64,000 nucleotides of DNA from assembly GCA_963702025.1 (NCBI GenBank), contig OY969699.1, positions 1,088,001 to 1,152,000 on the forward strand, read 5' to 3'. The DNA is from an uncultured bacterium (GTDB lineage Bacteria > Babelota > Babeliae > Babelales > Vermiphilaceae). This document shows positions 1 through 9,174 of this stretch, one piece after another. The position numbers and the translations under genes were made by a program. The first letter of the stretch is position 1. Every line of letters starts with the position of its first letter. The notes beneath the pieces were generated by a model. The model saw only the letters and a program-made list of their open reading frames with translations. It was not told where the DNA came from and ran no database searches.

Positions 1-26
1 ACTATCTTTTTGCTCAAAAGTTATCC

Positions 27-641
27 GTGCAAAAGTGGGTTGCTTTATTTTTGGGATTTCTGGCAATGCTGCCAGTTTTACTTACTCATGCATCAGATAC
101 TACTTTCTATTTTCGTCCAGATTTTTTTTCGGTCGCAGAACTTGCATTGCTTTTTGCAATTGGATCGGCAGCATATGGATGGTTATTGATGAAGCAGCTT
201 ATTGTTCGTGGGTATTCAACGATTGTAATTAATGGAATTTCGATGTTCGCCGGAGGTATTGCTTGTTTTATTACCGCGATCTTGGTTGAAAGATCACATC
301 CTCTTCTTGTTGTTACCGCGCCACCCGACGTTGTCGGTGCATGGCTGACGCCTTATCTTGGATCTTATATAACAGGAATAGTTATGACGATAGGATGCAT
401 GGTCAGTCTTATTATTATAGCGAATATTATTGGCTACAACCTCTATGGATATTTATTGCGATACTATAGCCCAACATTTTTATCATTTGCCGGTTTTATT
501 ACGCCTTTTTTTACCAGTATTTTGGGTTGGTTCTTCTTATCTGAACAGCTCACCTTACCTTTTTTGGTGTCATTTGTGCTGACGATTTTTAGCTTATATC
601 TTTTTTATCGACAAGAACTTACGAATTCCGCGTCTTTTTGA
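27..641 (+). CDS. DMT/EamA-family transporter (probably 5'-truncated by the window edge)
   Basis: Multiple TM helices; C-terminal 'ITPFFTSILGWFFLSE' is typical of EamA repeats. Confidence 0.75.
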   Translation: MQKWVALFLGFLAMLPVLLTHASDTTFYFRPDFFSVAELALLFAIGSAAYGWLLMKQLIVRGYSTIVINGISMFAGGIACFITAILVERSHPLLVVTAPPDVVGAWLTPYLGSYITGIVMTIGCMVSLIIIANIIGYNLYGYLLRYYSPTFLSFAGFITPFFTSILGWFFLSEQLTLPFLVSFVLTIFSLYLFYRQELTNSASF

Positions 642-656
642 TTAACGAGGAAAAAA

Positions 657-1177
657 ATGAACACAACTATTATTTTCATATTTTTGACATCATCAATGAT
701 CAGCTTATCATGCAATGCAATGATGCAATCCATCCCTAAGCAAGAGGAATGGGAAGAAGAAACTGAGGTAATGCATGCGGCGCGGGTCGGTGATGTTGAA
801 ACGCTTTTATCATTATTAAAGAATTCTCAGTCGAAATTAATAAGAAATTTTTTGGCAAAACTGCGCTTATGATGGCTGCAAGTGAGGGGCATTCACGCGC
901 GGTGGAGCTTTTGCTTGATAATGGTGCTGACATTAATGAAATAGATGATGGTAAAGGAACAGCTTTGATGATTGCCGCTTCTTTTAACCGAATTAAGGCG
1001 GTGGAAGTTCTTCTTAAAAAAAATGGTGCCAGACAGCCGGTAGCTATCCTTGATTTAAACCAGCATGATCAAGGTAAAGAAGCATTAAGCATAGCTGAAT
1101 CCAATAAATATCATGCTATTGCCGGACTTTTGAAAGCGGAAATGCCGAAGAAAAGCTTCTGGCAGTTTTGGCCGTAA
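657..1177 (+). pseudogene. Secreted ankyrin-repeat protein split by a 1-nt frameshift (ORFs 657-872 and 869-1177)
   Basis: Signal peptide and 'MHAARVGDVETLLSLL' in one frame; 'EINKKFFGKTALMMAASEGH' and 'GTALMIAA' in the other. One extra A in the AAA at 818-820 joins them. Confidence 0.75.
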
Positions 1178-1267
1178 TAATACTGCGCTTGTCGAATAAA
1201 GTGGTACAAAATAGAATGAGGCCCTAAGTTTTTCCACTAAGGACCTCATACATTTATAGTAGTCGAT

Positions 1268-1417
1268 TTAAGCCCAAAAGCTAAAACCGGCTGCTTTTCT
1301 TTTAGCCGCTTTACGTTTTTTAGCGGTCTTTTTCTTAGCGGTTTTACGCTTAGCGGTTTTTCTCTTAGCTGTCTTTTTTACTGCGGATTTTTTTACCGCT
1401 CTTTTTTTAGCTGCCAT
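1268..1417 (-). CDS. Small Lys/Ala/Arg-rich histone H1-like (Hc1/Hc2-like) nucleoid protein, 49 aa
   Basis: MAAKKRAVKKSAVKKTAKRKTAKRKTAKKKTAKK pentapeptide repeats; AAGGAG RBS upstream of ATG at 1417. Confidence 0.75.
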   Translation of the reverse strand: MAAKKRAVKKSAVKKTAKRKTAKRKTAKKKTAKKRKAAKRKAAGFSFWA

Positions 1418-1513
1418 CGTTATTCTCCTTTTTAAGGCAACAACCAATATTACTTCTAATTTCAATTTATACAATTAGGAATCCGAAAATCAATAGTTTT
1501 CATATTAATTTTT

Positions 1514-1915
1514 TCAGTTCTGATTTTTATTTAGGCTTTTTTGGTAGTGATCGTATTTCTTATTGCTCCCTTTGGAGAGTTCAACAGGGTATTTCTGCGC
1601 ATTAATAACCAGCTTTTTTTCAATAGCACTACTTAAATCTATGTCATAAAGATTGCAAAAACTCAGGGTTGCTATAGCAATATCTGCTAGCTCATTGGCC
1701 ACTTTAGCCTTATCCTCGGCCACTTTTTGTACTGAATCGCTACAACTCATAAAACGAAATTCTTCCATTAATTCGGCAGCTTCGATAGCAATTGCCATGC
1801 TGAGGTTTTTGGGGGAGTGGAACTGATCCCATTCTCGTTCTTTTACAAATGTATTAATATCATCTTTTAATTGTTGAATAGATACTGTGGTGTCATTTTT
1901 TTTGTTTTTTGGCAT
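1514..1915 (-). CDS. MazG-like nucleotide pyrophosphohydrolase (dCTPase-like)
   Basis: 'EREWDQFHSPKNLSMAIAIEAAELME', 'ELADI', 'NAQKYP'. Confidence 0.9.
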   Translation of the reverse strand: MPKNKKNDTTVSIQQLKDDINTFVKEREWDQFHSPKNLSMAIAIEAAELMEEFRFMSCSDSVQKVAEDKAKVANELADIAIATLSFCNLYDIDLSSAIEKKLVINAQKYPVELSKGSNKKYDHYQKSLNKNQN

Positions 1916-2828
1916 GAGAATCCTTTGTTGCCTGATTTATTGGTGTTGGGGCATGTGAAGGGTAAAATACACTTAAACTTTTTGCGCATGGCTGGCAATT
2001 TGCTAATAAGGGTGCTCCTAGATTTGCCAAGTGAGGATCATGCGGGAGATCGAATTTCTGATAAAAGGCATGAGTTACCTGTTGGTATAATGGACCATGG
2101 AGCCGATCATTAATCAATTTTGCGTGATTGCCACGAGGTAGTACTAAAATATAAGCGTGACTATGACCCGATTCACGCAGAGCAAGATAGAGGTTAATGG
2201 ATGACCAGACGGGCACTAAGGCATCTTGTGTAGAGCAGATGATTAAAATTGGTAAATCTTTTTTTATACGTTCGCAAAGATCGATGGGCCGCATGCCATT
2301 TGGTTTATATTTGCAGAAAATAAAACTCATGATGCCCAGTCCATTTTTTTTGATACCCGGTATCCATGATAATTTTGCGGTATTGATAAGTTCTGTCAAG
2401 ATACTATCTACGCAATCAAAAGGCGATTCGAGCACTAATGCAGCAACATTTTCCGGGCCATATAGTGCCTCAAAGTTTACTAATGCGGAGGCGCCGCGCG
2501 AAACGCCAACCAAAACAGCCTTTTCTAACTCATTTATGCTTGCAAAAAAGATTTGGGCTAATTTTGATACCTCATTATCTTGCGCAAGGCTTGATTGTAA
2601 TCGATTAATTTTGAATAATCCATCATACGCATCAGGATAATTAAAAGAAATGAGCGGATGTTTTACGATATAGGGCTTTCTGCTGTCAACTGACTCGAGG
2701 TACCAAAGAGCCTGTTTGCGAGAATCTGCAATTCCATGGGAAAAAAGATAATTGACTTGGCAAAAGCTTGAGGTAGTTAATTGAAGCAGGAAGATTGTAT
2801 ACTGTATGATTTTTACCATTGTTCCCAT
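1893..2828 (-). CDS. Secreted alpha/beta hydrolase
   Basis: GVSRG nucleophile elbow, 'LESPFD', 'DALVP', 'GNH'; N-terminal signal peptide. Confidence 0.8.
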   Translation of the reverse strand: MGTMVKIIQYTIFLLQLTTSSFCQVNYLFSHGIADSRKQALWYLESVDSRKPYIVKHPLISFNYPDAYDGLFKINRLQSSLAQDNEVSKLAQIFFASINELEKAVLVGVSRGASALVNFEALYGPENVAALVLESPFDCVDSILTELINTAKLSWIPGIKKNGLGIMSFIFCKYKPNGMRPIDLCERIKKDLPILIICSTQDALVPVWSSINLYLALRESGHSHAYILVLPRGNHAKLINDRLHGPLYQQVTHAFYQKFDLPHDPHLANLGAPLLANCQPCAKSLSVFYPSHAPTPINQATKDSHAKKQKK

Positions 2829-3009
2829 AATAGCCTTCCCCTTTATCTTTGAATCACATTACTTATAGAATATCATAAGCCAGCGCTAATTTAATCCTAT
2901 TGGTTAAAATTATCCCTTTTTGGCTTTTCTATCGTCAAAAATCTTTATATAGAAACTATTTATTTTTATGATTACAATTTGTTACAATTAGAAATGAAGG
3001 AGTAATGTT

Positions 3010-3285
3010 ATGAAGAAAATACTAATAATTGCTGCAATGCTTAGCATTTCTGCGATATCTTTGGCTGTAGATAATACTATTTATATTACTGCACCCGCAA
3101 ATACCCGTGTTGAAGTAATCAGACCTGAGCCAACCATAGAAACTGGTCGTGACGTGGTAAATCCTGATGGCACGATTACACGTGTCTACTACGACTATAA
3201 TGGCAGACCCATTCGTAGGGCAGCACAGCAAGTTGTTGAAGGTGCCGAAGAAATTTTAGAAGCACCGTTAAATCTTATCCCATAA
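3010..3285 (+). CDS. Small secreted hypothetical protein
   Basis: AAGGAG RBS, MKK signal peptide, followed by a terminator. Confidence 0.75.
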   Translation: MKKILIIAAMLSISAISLAVDNTIYITAPANTRVEVIRPEPTIETGRDVVNPDGTITRVYYDYNGRPIRRAAQQVVEGAEEILEAPLNLIP

Positions 3286-3303
3286 TGCATTAGATCTCAA
3301 TTA

Positions 3304-3339
3304 ATAGAAGCAAGGCTTTTGCCTTGTTTCTATCCTTTT
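3304..3339 (+). terminator. Intrinsic terminator
   Basis: atagaagcaaggc-tttt-gccttgtttctat hairpin followed by T-rich sequence. Confidence 0.65.
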
Positions 3340-3413
3340 CTATACATTTTTGCATCCTCATTGTAGGATAAAAGTAATTTTGCCAAGCAAAAACTTTAAA
3401 GGTTATTAATACA

Positions 3414-4832
3414 ATGAGTGAGAAACTTCCTGATATTACCAAACAGTTTGCCGAATGGTACCAAGAAATAGTTCATCAAGCAGAACTGGCGGATCATGCG
3501 CCGGTTCGTGGTTGCATGGTAATTCGTCCCTATGGGTATGCATTGTGGGAGAATATTAAAAATCGTGTTGATAAGCGTTTAAAAGAGACCGGTCATCAAA
3601 ATGCAGCGTTTCCCTTGCTCATTCCTGAAAGTTTTTTAAAAAAAGAAGCTGAACACGTTGAGGGTTTTGCTCCCGAACTTGCTGTTGTTACCCATGCAGG
3701 CGGCAAGGAATTAGATGAACCATTGGTGGTTCGGCCTACATCAGAAACTATTATTCACTATATGTTTGCACAGTGGCTCAAATCATACCGTGATTTGCCG
3801 CTCTTAATTAATCAATGGTGTAGTGTTGTGCGTTGGGAAATGCGACCACGCGCATTTTTGAGAACAACCGAATTTTTTTGGCAGGAAGGACATACTGCGC
3901 ACGAAACACAAGAGCAGGCTAATGAAGAAGCATTGCTCATGCTTAATGAATATATAGATTTGGCTGAAAATTGGTTGGCAATTCCGGTAATTGCCGGTGT
4001 GAAATCCCAGAAAGAAAAATTTGCCGGCGCCGATAAGACCTACACCTTTGAAGGTATCATGCAAGATGGCAAGGCACTTCAAATGGGTACCTCGCATCTT
4101 ATTTCTCAGAATTTTGCTAAAGCATTTAATATGCAATTTCAAGATCGCACCGGTAATCTTGCGTATCCGTATTTAACCAGTTGGGCCGTTACTACGCGCC
4201 TTATTGGTGCTGTGGTTATGGTACACGGCGACCAAAAAGGATTGGTATTACCACCAAAAATTGCACCAATTCAAGTGGTTATTATTCCAATCTTTAAAAA
4301 AGGTGAAGAAAAAGAGGCGATACTTGATGCAGCACAAAAAATAAAAGCGAGCCTTAAAGATATTCGTGTTCAGATTGATGCTGACGATCAAAAGACGCCC
4401 GGCGCCAAATTCTATCATTGGGAAATGAAGGGTGTGCCGTTACGCATAGAAATTGGACCGCGTGATTTGGCCCAAGGCCAAGCGGTGGTCACCGATCGAT
4501 TGGGTATCGCAAAGCGTATGCTTTCGCTTGATCTTCTTGCACAAGAAATTCCCGTAATTCTTGATGAGATCCAGCAAGAAATGTTTGCGCGCGCCAAAAG
4601 AAAACAACAATCATTGTGGCATAAAGCTGCAAAGCTGTCTGAATTCGGGCCGATATTAAAAGAGCATAATGGCGTTTATCAAACCGGGTGGTGCGGCAAA
4701 AGAATCTGTGAAGATATTTTACGCGAATATCAGGCAACAACGCGTTGCTTGCTTCCGGAAAAAACATTCGAATTCTGTTTTAACTGTGATGCAGCAAGTC
4801 AGGGCGATGTGTTGGTAGCAAAATCATACTAA
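3414..4832 (+). CDS. proS: Proline--tRNA ligase, archaeal/eukaryotic type
   Basis: 'VVRPTSET', 'FLRTTEFFWQEGHT', 'ALQMGTSH', 'GVPLRIEIGPRD', C-terminal 'AKSY'. Confidence 0.97.
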   Translation: MSEKLPDITKQFAEWYQEIVHQAELADHAPVRGCMVIRPYGYALWENIKNRVDKRLKETGHQNAAFPLLIPESFLKKEAEHVEGFAPELAVVTHAGGKELDEPLVVRPTSETIIHYMFAQWLKSYRDLPLLINQWCSVVRWEMRPRAFLRTTEFFWQEGHTAHETQEQANEEALLMLNEYIDLAENWLAIPVIAGVKSQKEKFAGADKTYTFEGIMQDGKALQMGTSHLISQNFAKAFNMQFQDRTGNLAYPYLTSWAVTTRLIGAVVMVHGDQKGLVLPPKIAPIQVVIIPIFKKGEEKEAILDAAQKIKASLKDIRVQIDADDQKTPGAKFYHWEMKGVPLRIEIGPRDLAQGQAVVTDRLGIAKRMLSLDLLAQEIPVILDEIQQEMFARAKRKQQSLWHKAAKLSEFGPILKEHNGVYQTGWCGKRICEDILREYQATTRCLLPEKTFEFCFNCDAASQGDVLVAKSY

Positions 4833-4841
4833 GAGAGTCAT

Positions 4842-5075
4842 ATGAAAAGAAATATTTTTTTTGTTCTGTTATTTGTTGGCTGCATTAGTTTTGCCATGCA
4901 GCAGCCAGTTAGAAATCCACGAAATGAGCTTGTGCCTTTTGTTGTATTACTCAACGTATTTGAAGCTCCGGAAAAGACAAAAGCAATCAAACAAAAAAAA
5001 GATGAAGATATTGAAGCATATAAAACGAAAAAAAGAAATCGTACTTTCGTACCCAAGAAATTTCACCATAATTAA
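4842..5075 (+). CDS. Small secreted basic hypothetical protein
   Basis: Signal peptide MKRNIFFVLLFVGCISFA followed by MQQP; Lys-rich tail. Confidence 0.6.
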   Translation: MKRNIFFVLLFVGCISFAMQQPVRNPRNELVPFVVLLNVFEAPEKTKAIKQKKDEDIEAYKTKKRNRTFVPKKFHHN

Positions 5076-5092
5076 CCATTAATTTAATGAAC

Positions 5093-5350
5093 TCGATCTA
5101 AGAAATTTTACCTATGTCCGCTCGTGGTGAGTGATTGCCCTTCGACTTTGCTCAGGACAGGCTCCGCAATCGTACGTGTCCGGCGAAGCTTTAGCGAAGA
5201 CGGATCGAACCATGGGGACAGCAGAATTCATTTTATTACTCAAAAGGCCGCATAGATTCGATACGCCTCATTTCATTCGGCTACTCACTACGAGCGGCCT
5301 GAGGAAATTGTGTCTAAGCTAAATCTTTTTATGAATTTTTCTTAGGTCGA
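5093..5350. repeat. Composite nested palindromic (MITE/REP/RPE-like) element
   Basis: Outer IR tcgatctaagaaa (5093-5105)/tttcttaggtcga (5338-5350); inner IR ccgctcgtggtgagt (5118-5132)/actcactacgagcgg (5283-5297); internal motifs shared with 38836-38964 and 56043-56660. Confidence 0.75.
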
Positions 5351-5468
5351 ACTCGCGTTATTTTAGATATCAATAATCCAATCTTATTAAATTCTTTCAA
5401 ATCAAATCGTATCTTTGTTAAAACTTGTTACAGTGATTGAGACAGATCTAAATAAGGATAGGATTATC

Positions 5469-6242
5469 ATGAAAAAAATTTTATTTTTATGCGTACTCGT
5501 GATTTCAAATTCTCTCAGAGCAATGGAAACTGTTGCAGCTACTGCGGTAGTGGGAGGCCTAGAAACTCTTGCCATAGAAAAAATATCAAGCGCAGCTTTG
5601 GCAGAATTAAAAGAATTGATAACAAAATCTGAATCAGCGATTTTTCATCCATCAAGCATTTTTTCATTATCTTCTCATGTTCATCCTCATGATGTATTGC
5701 AGGCGATAAAAAAGGTCAAACAAGCATCTAAAGCGCCAGTCAGACAATCTGATATAAAACATGAAATAGAATTACCAACCCTCGGCAAAAATACAAGTGC
5801 TCCAAAAAGAGGAGTTGATCTCATTTCAGCCGCGCAAGACATTGAAGGAGGAATGGGAGGATTGCCATCACTTGAAGATAATAATCCTCAACAAGCCGAA
5901 GTTGGAGCGGTATTGCAACTGGCACAGCAAGTTGAGAAGAATACACAAGCATCGTCAGGTACTGCGGCAATTCTGTGCCGTGTTCTTTATGGCCTATTAT
6001 TTACTGGATTTGGTGCTGCGGATCTAGCAACCAATTATGGGTATATTAATCCTTCTCACTCTCACCAAAGCAATGGGCAACAAGCAACCAATGGTGTATT
6101 TAGCGCTGGTACCGATTTAGGAATTATCGGAACCGGGCTCTATCAGATATATTTAGCAGCAACAAACTGGGATAATAAGCAACTACAAAAAGATGCCGCG
6201 GTTAATAATACATTGGTGCAAAAGCATCTAAAAAATAATTAA
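5469..6242 (+). CDS. Secreted/membrane hypothetical protein
   Basis: Signal peptide MKKILFLCVLVISNSLRA followed by MET; two hydrophobic Gly-rich segments near the C-terminus. Confidence 0.75.
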   Translation: MKKILFLCVLVISNSLRAMETVAATAVVGGLETLAIEKISSAALAELKELITKSESAIFHPSSIFSLSSHVHPHDVLQAIKKVKQASKAPVRQSDIKHEIELPTLGKNTSAPKRGVDLISAAQDIEGGMGGLPSLEDNNPQQAEVGAVLQLAQQVEKNTQASSGTAAILCRVLYGLLFTGFGAADLATNYGYINPSHSHQSNGQQATNGVFSAGTDLGIIGTGLYQIYLAATNWDNKQLQKDAAVNNTLVQKHLKNN

Positions 6243-6263
6243 CCTGAAATTGGTTTACTGCTA

Positions 6264-6554
6264 CTAGTTAACCGTTTTAATAAAGAGTTTTGTTAAGCTT
6301 GCCGAAAGACCGAGGGTTACATCAAGCTCTCTTGCACATTTGTTACCACAGCGAGCGGCTACTAATATTCCTACATTAGTAAGAATTGAAGCGCCTATAA
6401 TTCCGGCACTTATTATTGCCGTTTTTTTAAGAGTGGTTGATTGTGCTATGTGTTGTGCTTTTGAGCAGAGTGCCGCCCAACCAGGGAATGCATGAATGTT
6501 ACCGATAGTAAGACTTAAAAGAAGTAAAGAATATTTGAATAGTTTCATAATCAC
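6264..6554 (-). CDS. Small membrane hypothetical protein
   Basis: GGAG RBS, signal peptide, one further TM segment. Confidence 0.65.
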   Translation of the reverse strand: MIMKLFKYSLLLLSLTIGNIHAFPGWAALCSKAQHIAQSTTLKKTAIISAGIIGASILTNVGILVAARCGNKCARELDVTLGLSASLTKLFIKTVN

Positions 6555-6797
6555 TCCATATAAGTGGTATTGAATAATTTAAGCATAGCACACTATACAA
6601 TTTTGTCTTTATCTGATTTTAATTACTATTTGAAATGCAAACGCAAGCATCAGCACGAACGGGGCGAGGAGGCAATGTGCATGACAAAGATAGTTATTCT
6701 CATCTCCCGATCTTTTATCCATAATCCTTGCATAATGGAAATTGACCATTTACTATAAAGCCAACTGTTTTAACCATATTTAATCAGAAAGAGTTTT

Positions 6798-7682
6798 ATG
6801 AAAGCATATTGTGATCAATTTTTTTCGTACTTACTTACTGAAAAAAGAGTTTCTCTGAACACCTTCACCGCCTATAAAACTGATATTTTGCAGTTGCTCC
6901 ACTTTCTGGAAAAAAAAGGGATTACATCACAGCAGCTTTCCTTGAAGGATATTAAGTTTTTTTTACAAGAACTCAAAAATAGTTGCTCGGCAGCAAGTAT
7001 GTCGCGTAAAATCTCATCATTTAAGTTATTTTTTTCATTTGCCCATGATAAGGGTCAGCTGCCAAATCTGGGTGCGCAATTAACATTTCCCAAATTAGAA
7101 AAAAAAATACCCCATTATTTAACTGAACAAGAAATAGAAACGTTATTAGCAGTAGCGGATCAGGATAAGACGCCACTCGGAATACGCAATAAAATTATGC
7201 TCTATCTTTTGTATGTTACGGGTTTGCGTATTAGCGAGCTCACCCATTTAACCACGTCATCAATACTGTGGGATAGCGGTTTTTTGCAAGTGGAAGGAAA
7301 AGGGGGCAAGCAGCGAATGATTCCGTTGCCTATGCCGATGACCGATCTTTTAAAAAAATATTGCCAAGAATTATCAGAAAAAAAAGAACACAAAAGTTCA
7401 TATCTTTTCCCCGTTCTTTATGCCGGAACCGTGCGGCCAATAACGCGGCAAGCATTTTGGGCAATACTCAAAAAATTGTGGAAAAAAACCGGCATTGCAA
7501 AATCAATTTCTCCCCACCAATTGCGCCATTCGTTAGCAACGCATCTTTTGCAACGAGGAGCAGATCTACGATCATTGCAATTATTGCTGGGCCATGAAAA
7601 TCTTTCAACGGTGCAAATTTATACGCATGTGGAAAAGAGTCATTTAAGGATGATCTATGATAAAAAACATCCGCGATCGTAA
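6798..7682 (+). CDS. xerD: Tyrosine recombinase XerD
   Basis: Catalytic R-K-H-R-H-Y residues in 'TGLRISE', 'GKGGKQR', 'SPHQLRHS', 'LLGH', 'QIYTHV'; C-terminal 'HPRS'. Confidence 0.9.
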   Translation: MKAYCDQFFSYLLTEKRVSLNTFTAYKTDILQLLHFLEKKGITSQQLSLKDIKFFLQELKNSCSAASMSRKISSFKLFFSFAHDKGQLPNLGAQLTFPKLEKKIPHYLTEQEIETLLAVADQDKTPLGIRNKIMLYLLYVTGLRISELTHLTTSSILWDSGFLQVEGKGGKQRMIPLPMPMTDLLKKYCQELSEKKEHKSSYLFPVLYAGTVRPITRQAFWAILKKLWKKTGIAKSISPHQLRHSLATHLLQRGADLRSLQLLLGHENLSTVQIYTHVEKSHLRMIYDKKHPRS

Positions 7683-7710
7683 AAATGATTTTATCAGCAA
7701 CCACTCATAT

Positions 7711-8493
7711 TTATTTTAATCCGATTAGTTCAGGGGATTCCAAAGTTGTCATGACTCTCAGAAGTGCTTCTAATTTTTCATGATGGCAATCATCCTCTTC
7801 GGCTTCGCAAATTTCTTCCTCAGTTGGATTGCCTAATTGCATGGGCAGCTGTCCACGATTCTCCCAATATGACTCTCCATAATTTACTAATAACTGGGCT
7901 CCTTCAGGAATATGTTTTTTGGCAACGTAGATGGTATGCGCGATGCCATTATGGATTATACACTCGATAGAAACATTGGGATAACGGCTGTGGTTAACAA
8001 ATCGGGTAAAATTGCCCGCGGTTTTGGCATCAACAACAATATGCAAGCACGTTGGGGTGTAACTCCATCCATATGCGGCATCTTCTTTAGATATTTGTTT
8101 ATTGCTAATATTCCGAATAATGCCGGCATATTCTGCGATCAATTGATCACACGCAACATCTTCTTGGGTAAATGCGCCATACCCTATTTTTTCATTTAAC
8201 AGCTGAATGCACGTATTAATTTGATATTTTTGTTCGATTTCTTTCTCATATTTCTCCGGCAAGGAGAAAACTTCATGTTTTTGCATGAGCGCAGTTATTT
8301 CTTTTACCTTTTTTTCAGTGACATCATCTTCAAATTCTACATGGTCCAAATAACGAACTCCCAGACTCTCATAATCTTTTGGATAAAATTTTGGTTTATT
8401 TTCATCGAGCACGGCATAGCTTGGCTTTGTCATTGCATCACTTGGACTGATAGATAATGCCCCCAAGAAAATAAGTGCGCTATAACTTTTCAT
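7711..8493 (-). CDS. Secreted SET-domain protein lysine methyltransferase
   Basis: 'IGYGAF', 'IAEYAG', 'GNFTRFVNHS', 'QLLVNYG'; N-terminal signal peptide. Confidence 0.9.
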   Translation of the reverse strand: MKSYSALIFLGALSISPSDAMTKPSYAVLDENKPKFYPKDYESLGVRYLDHVEFEDDVTEKKVKEITALMQKHEVFSLPEKYEKEIEQKYQINTCIQLLNEKIGYGAFTQEDVACDQLIAEYAGIIRNISNKQISKEDAAYGWSYTPTCLHIVVDAKTAGNFTRFVNHSRYPNVSIECIIHNGIAHTIYVAKKHIPEGAQLLVNYGESYWENRGQLPMQLGNPTEEEICEAEEDDCHHEKLEALLRVMTTLESPELIGLK

Positions 8494-8687
8494 TACTGGA
8501 TATCCTTTATTTGTATTTTTGATGTTAAAAATAACTATTTTTTTCTTTTTCTTGATGCGATTATACTATTTTTCTTCTTCAATTCCGATTAGATTGTTCT
8601 CATAATATTAAAGCTTCTTTTAATATGTAATTTCAATTTGTTATCCTATTGGAAGAAATTTTTAATAGGATAGCAAGGGAATCTTAT

Positions 8688-9053
8688 ATGTTACACTTAC
8701 CGCATATTTTCATTCTAATATCCATAGTATTTTTGGTGTATCTGTTTCTTCCTCGATTTATTTGTTTATCAATTATGTTACGCGCAAATACAAAAGCTTT
8801 ATTTGGACAAGCGGCATTTTTTGGGATAGTAATGAGCTTGGTTTGTGTAATGCCATTGCTACTTTCTGCATACATAAGAGAATTGTATGGCGATATTATT
8901 GCTGGTACTATATATGTAATAACTGATGCCTTATCAGAAATATGGATCCCGCTTTATTTTTTCCCTCAAGTTCCAGTAAGAGCAACATTAATTTGGACTT
9001 GGACTGCTTGTTTAATCTCCTTTATCGTATTGCTTAATACGATTTTGGTATAG
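8688..9053 (+). CDS. Small integral membrane hypothetical protein
   Basis: About four hydrophobic segments; AAGGGA upstream of ATG at 8688. Confidence 0.6.
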   Translation: MLHLPHIFILISIVFLVYLFLPRFICLSIMLRANTKALFGQAAFFGIVMSLVCVMPLLLSAYIRELYGDIIAGTIYVITDALSEIWIPLYFFPQVPVRATLIWTWTACLISFIVLLNTILV

Positions 9054-9174
9054 ACAGGCTGTTTAGTAAAGAAAAAGTACTGTAGATCGATAGCAATTAA
9101 TTTGGAAAAGAATAAAAGATGATTATACTATTTCATGAAATAGAATCATGAAAAATTATTAAAGGCATTTTTCC

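Noticed and set aside
5131..5322. 63-aa ORF
   Set aside because: It lies entirely within the palindromic repeat, has no RBS, and is probably spurious.
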